NCBI GenBank assembly: GCA_963662585.1
Contig: OY759729.1
Span: forward strand, 2,272,001 to 2,336,000
From: Candidatus Cloacimonadales bacterium
GTDB taxonomy: Bacteria; Cloacimonadota; Cloacimonadia; Cloacimonadales; JAFGVF01
Length of the DNA: 64,000 nucleotides
Direction: 5' to 3'
A program made the translations under genes and the position numbers. This document shows, piece by piece, positions 60,069-64,000 of the stretch. The notes under the pieces are model-generated. The model saw only the letters and a program-made list of their open reading frames with translations. It made no database searches and was not told where the DNA came from. How positions within the stretch are numbered: the first letter of the stretch is position 1; each line of letters opens with the position of its first letter.

Positions 60069-62972
60069 ATGAAACTGTATGTAACTTTATTATGTGCTTT
60101 GTTTACTAATATTTTATTTGGGCAAGCATTATGGCAAGAACCTTTGGCAATTAGACAAGCAGGTGATTTGGAATGGCGTGAATCTTCAGTTACTACAGAG
60201 GATAATGGAATCATCCATGTTTGGTCTGAATACAGGAATGGAATCAAAAGTGTTTTGGCAATGAAATATAACAATGAAAGTAATCCCCTTTGGGGAGACA
60301 CCCCAATTATTGTAGCTGAATCAAATGATTCTCAATTTTATGCAAGAATTATTGCTACAAATGATGGTGGAGTGGTGATTGTATGGATAGAACAATCAAA
60401 TTCTAGCCATATTAGGGGACAAAAGCTTGATGCCTTAGGAAATAGGTTATGGTCTGACCAAGGTATTTTTATTAGTAACCAATTCGATGAAGAGCAAATC
60501 AATCTTCTCTTGCTTTACCCCAATCTAGATGGAGGAGCTATTGTATCCTGGATGTATGAAGATACTTCTTTGATAAGTTTAGACAGTAATGGAGATAATC
60601 TATGGTCAGAAATGGACTTAAATATTGGGAGTATATCTTGGGGAAATCAAATTGTAAGTGATGGACATGGAGGATTGATAGTCCTTGATACGCCAGAAGA
60701 TTCTTATTTTACAAATGTTAAAAGAATCGGAGAATCAGGTGATTTATTATGGGAAGAAAATGTTCTTATGCAAAACCCTGGAAGTTACAATCAAGTTTTG
60801 AGGTCAATCTATGATAATAACGATAATTATTACATTATGTTAGAGGATTTTAGTGAAAATAGTAAGGGTGTTAATATAAGTAAAATATCATTAACTGGCG
60901 AAATTTCTACAGATTCATTATTTATACCTTTAACTGACATAAATTTGGGACTTTATCCAATAAATTACTCTTGTAATGAAAATGGAGATTTATTTATTTC
61001 AACTTATACTAATTTTATATCAAATAACTCATACAAAGCTTTTAAAATAGATTCTAATTTGAATCATGTTTGGAATGAGGTAGGTGTTTCAATCAATGAC
61101 TTCGATACGAGTGATCTTTCACAAGTTAAAATTTGTGCATCAGATTCTGGAGATCTTTTTATTCTAAATATTGATTCAGTTAATAATTATCTAAATCCAT
61201 CTTATGAAATTAATCTGTTCAAGATAGATGCAGTTGGAAGTCTTGAAAATGATGAGGGTATTTTAGTTTTTCAAAATCAAGGGAGTATTTATGAACCATT
61301 CTTAGGGTATCAAGAAGATTTATTCATTACTTGGAAAGAGATGAGCGAAGGTTATTTAAACTTGAAACATAAAACATTCAATGATAACTTACAAGCTCTT
61401 ACATCAAGTTCAAATGAAAATATAAGACTATTGTTGACTGGTTCAGCCAATAAAAACATGAGTTTTCCACTAGCAGATACAAATCAAATAGCTGCTATTT
61501 GGATTGATTATCGTATGGGAGATGGAAATAAACTTAAATATCAAATTATCAATCCTGATGGAAGTTTTGAATTTGCTGATAATGGAATTGATATCGCAGA
61601 CTTCACTTATGATGTTAATTATGACTTTGATGTTATGGATTTTGTTGCAGAGCAAAATGATGAAGGACAAATATGTGTTGTATGGAGAACAAATAATCTG
61701 GGAACTAAAATTCAAAGTCGAGTAATCGATGCAGATGGTAGTCTTTTAGGTAGTGATAGTGGGCAAGAAGTCTATTTATTGAACTCAAATGAAGGAATAA
61801 TTAATTTGTTTATAAGTTCATACGAGGATACTTTTTACTTGTCTTATTTGATAGAAAGTTATCCTGGTAGTGAAAGAAATATTTATTCAACTCTAAAAAA
61901 CGGGTCTTTTGAGTGGGGACAAGCAAATTTAATCGATTCTTACTCTGGAGCTAACCAAGAATTATTTGAAATATCTAAGACAATTAATAATTATTGTATT
62001 GTTAAAGAGGGTAATCAAAGTCATCATGCCTACAAGATAGCTGAAGATGGATCAGTTTTAGAATCTAATCAAGTTCTATTTGGATACAAGTTTGATTTTG
62101 ATTGTGACAATGATAATAATCTTTTCTATACTTGGTACTCTGATGGTAAAATTTATCTTCAAGGTATTACAGAGACTGATCAAGAATATTGGAATGGTCC
62201 AATTCAAGTTTCTTATGAAGGACCAAATGATTATGTTCAAGCACGATATCCAAAAATTCTTGTAAGAGATTCTGCGATTAATGTTTTATGGAGCCAACCA
62301 AATGGTGACTCTGAGTATGGTTTGAGAGGACAAAAAATTGATTATTCTGGTAATAAACTATGGAATCAATATGGCTTGTTAATTTCTACTAATGAATATT
62401 ACTTCAACTTAACTCATTTGCAAGAAACATTTGATGGACATATTATTGGAGGATGGAGAGAATATCATGGCATTTCTGGGGATTATAGATTAAGTATCAT
62501 AGACAATAATGGCTCTATTTGTTATGCAGGTTATTCTGCTTCATTTACAGGTTCTGAAACAAGCAGAGATATGCTTTCTATTATTAATTTAGCTAATGAT
62601 GAAATGTTTGCTACCTGGATTTATGAAGGTGGACTTTATGCACAAATTGTTGATTTAGTCAGTGTTGATAATGATCATAATGAAGTTGCTATAATTTCCA
62701 ATGAGCTCTTGCAGAATTATCCCAATCCGTTTAATCCAGAAACTAACATATCCTTTAATGTTAAAGAAAGTGGGAATGTGAAGATTGATATCTATAATAT
62801 CAAAGGACAGAAGGTAAAGACTTTGATAAATGATTCTTATATTTCTGGTATTCAAAATATAGTTTGGAAGGGTGAAGATGATAATAAGAAGCAAGTATCA
62901 TCTGGAATTTACCTATATAAAATGCAAAACGGTAAGTATAGTTCAACCAAAAAAATGATTTTAATTAAATAG
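60069..62972 (+). CDS. Large secreted beta-propeller-like protein with FlgD/T9SS-like CTD
   Basis: Signal peptide, repeated QK(L/I)D..GN.LW motifs, NYPNPFNPETNI tail. Confidence 0.88.
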   Translation: MKLYVTLLCALFTNILFGQALWQEPLAIRQAGDLEWRESSVTTEDNGIIHVWSEYRNGIKSVLAMKYNNESNPLWGDTPIIVAESNDSQFYARIIATNDGGVVIVWIEQSNSSHIRGQKLDALGNRLWSDQGIFISNQFDEEQINLLLLYPNLDGGAIVSWMYEDTSLISLDSNGDNLWSEMDLNIGSISWGNQIVSDGHGGLIVLDTPEDSYFTNVKRIGESGDLLWEENVLMQNPGSYNQVLRSIYDNNDNYYIMLEDFSENSKGVNISKISLTGEISTDSLFIPLTDINLGLYPINYSCNENGDLFISTYTNFISNNSYKAFKIDSNLNHVWNEVGVSINDFDTSDLSQVKICASDSGDLFILNIDSVNNYLNPSYEINLFKIDAVGSLENDEGILVFQNQGSIYEPFLGYQEDLFITWKEMSEGYLNLKHKTFNDNLQALTSSSNENIRLLLTGSANKNMSFPLADTNQIAAIWIDYRMGDGNKLKYQIINPDGSFEFADNGIDIADFTYDVNYDFDVMDFVAEQNDEGQICVVWRTNNLGTKIQSRVIDADGSLLGSDSGQEVYLLNSNEGIINLFISSYEDTFYLSYLIESYPGSERNIYSTLKNGSFEWGQANLIDSYSGANQELFEISKTINNYCIVKEGNQSHHAYKIAEDGSVLESNQVLFGYKFDFDCDNDNNLFYTWYSDGKIYLQGITETDQEYWNGPIQVSYEGPNDYVQARYPKILVRDSAINVLWSQPNGDSEYGLRGQKIDYSGNKLWNQYGLLISTNEYYFNLTHLQETFDGHIIGGWREYHGISGDYRLSIIDNNGSICYAGYSASFTGSETSRDMLSIINLANDEMFATWIYEGGLYAQIVDLVSVDNDHNEVAIISNELLQNYPNPFNPETNISFNVKESGNVKIDIYNIKGQKVKTLINDSYISGIQNIVWKGEDDNKKQVSSGIYLYKMQNGKYSSTKKMILIK

Positions 62973-63039
62973 TATCATATGATCTTAAGGTTAGAATAGT
63001 TTTTTAACTAATTTTCCTTGAGGATAAATAATTAAAATA

Positions 63040-63073
63040 TAGGCGCAACTGCTTGGTTGTGCCTTCTTCTTTT
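63040..63073 (+). terminator. Terminator
   Basis: AGGCGCAACT/GGTTGTGCCT stem plus T-rich tail. Confidence 0.65.
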
Positions 63074-63086
63074 CGGCATTTTTTGA

Positions 63087-63319
63087 TGGCTTTTTTCGAA
63101 AACCAAACCCACAACTAGCTACTAAGATAAAGACTTACAGGAGATTAGTAGCTTAGCAAACTCTCCAAACATCCTTTAAAACTAGCAGAGAAATTGTAAA
63201 AAATACCTGCATAAGCTGTTAAATAGGAAATTTTGAGACATCGTTGAGACAGCGTGTAAATAACTAATAAATAGCACCGATATACATCTCACAGGGAAAA
63301 CTTGGGTGTCACTTTTTAG
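63087..63319 (+). repeat. Structured repeat R2, copy 3 (5'-truncated)
   Basis: Matches the 3' three quarters of copies 1 and 2. Confidence 0.9.
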
Positions 63320-63799
63320 ACATCATAATTCTCTTAATTTTACAATTTAGTATCCTCAACATTTCTTAAACTTCTTAAATATAAAAAGATAATACTAAAA
63401 ACATAGCCACACTGCAAGTGAGGACAAATTTGCTATAGAATTACTTATCATTTGCACTATATTAAAGAAAATTTTTATTAATTTCAACACCATAATTCTT
63501 CAAATAATTGATAGATTCCAAAGAAACTTTTTCCTGAGTTTCCCAATATCACCTCGCATCCCTACTGTAATATTTTTTTTTAAATTTAAAAAAATTAATT
63601 CTGCACGATATAGAAAGCCACTATTTATAACACTATCCATAATTCTGTAAGACAATTTATTAGGGTACTATTTTTCCTCATATATGAATAAATTTATTAA
63701 AGAAATTTAATTTCCTATTAATCTTCATTTAATATAGGGTGGGTATATTCCATTTGTGAAGTTTAGTTTTCGTGTAAAAAAACAAAAAGGTGGAATAAT

Positions 63800-64000
63800 A
63801 TGAATACTAATATCAAGAAAGCAAAGCAAGCTATAATTAGAGGAATCTGTTTTGATAAACTTATAACTGTTTTACTCATCATTCTATTTTTATCTAGTAA
63901 CTTATCTGCTCAGAATCTGTTAAAATCTATTCTCAACACGAAATCAGACAAGTCGGAGAGCGAAGAAGGAACTAAGATAGGATTCAATCCTGAGAATTTT
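63800..64000 (+). CDS. Hypothetical exported protein, 5' part (runs off the window)
   Basis: AGGTGG RBS, ATG, 67 open codons with hydrophobic LITVLLIILFLSSNLSA signal-like segment. Confidence 0.65.
   Translation, partial: MNTNIKKAKQAIIRGICFDKLITVLLIILFLSSNLSAQNLLKSILNTKSDKSESEEGTKIGFNPENF

Noticed and set aside
4485..62894. Numerous short antisense or nested ORFs in the track (e.g. 5790, 13074, 22399, 38517, 54573, 61470)
   Set aside because: Shadow ORFs overlapping well-supported genes, without recognisable motifs.
53403..63319. Repeats as a CRISPR array or classical integron
   Set aside because: Units are 170-320 bp and kilobases apart; no cas or intI gene; no RYYYAAC/GTTRRRY attC ends recognised.

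Overview
AT-rich bacterial window, probably Cloacimonadota. That is inferred from the kal lysine-fermentation gene and five secreted proteins with a YPNP-type FlgD/T9SS-like C-terminal domain (CTD). 1-51 kb is mostly core genome: wza/wzc-like pair, ispE-prs-rplY-pth-rpsF-ssb-rpsR-rplI-dciA-rpe-ffh, kal-crt-hbd-bcd-etfBA, three CTD proteins including a gingipain-like C25 protease, hisC-like, parvulin, four tRNAs, a GH57/GT4/debranching cluster, htpG, and a fluoride riboswitch before a cation:proton antiporter. Several small repeat/MITE families lie between genes. An accessory region starts at 51.2 kb with a tRNA(CAT), its terminator, and a class-C-like group II intron inserted directly behind it. 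Beyond it, ~10 kb of secreted-protein genes and gene relics are separated by conserved structured non-coding repeats: three ~240-320 bp nested-palindrome units, a 174 bp direct repeat, and nine GTGAC-N7/8-TTTCC sites. This cassette-like array is the best candidate for an undescribed system. No recombinase is visible in the window, so its mechanism is a hypothesis.
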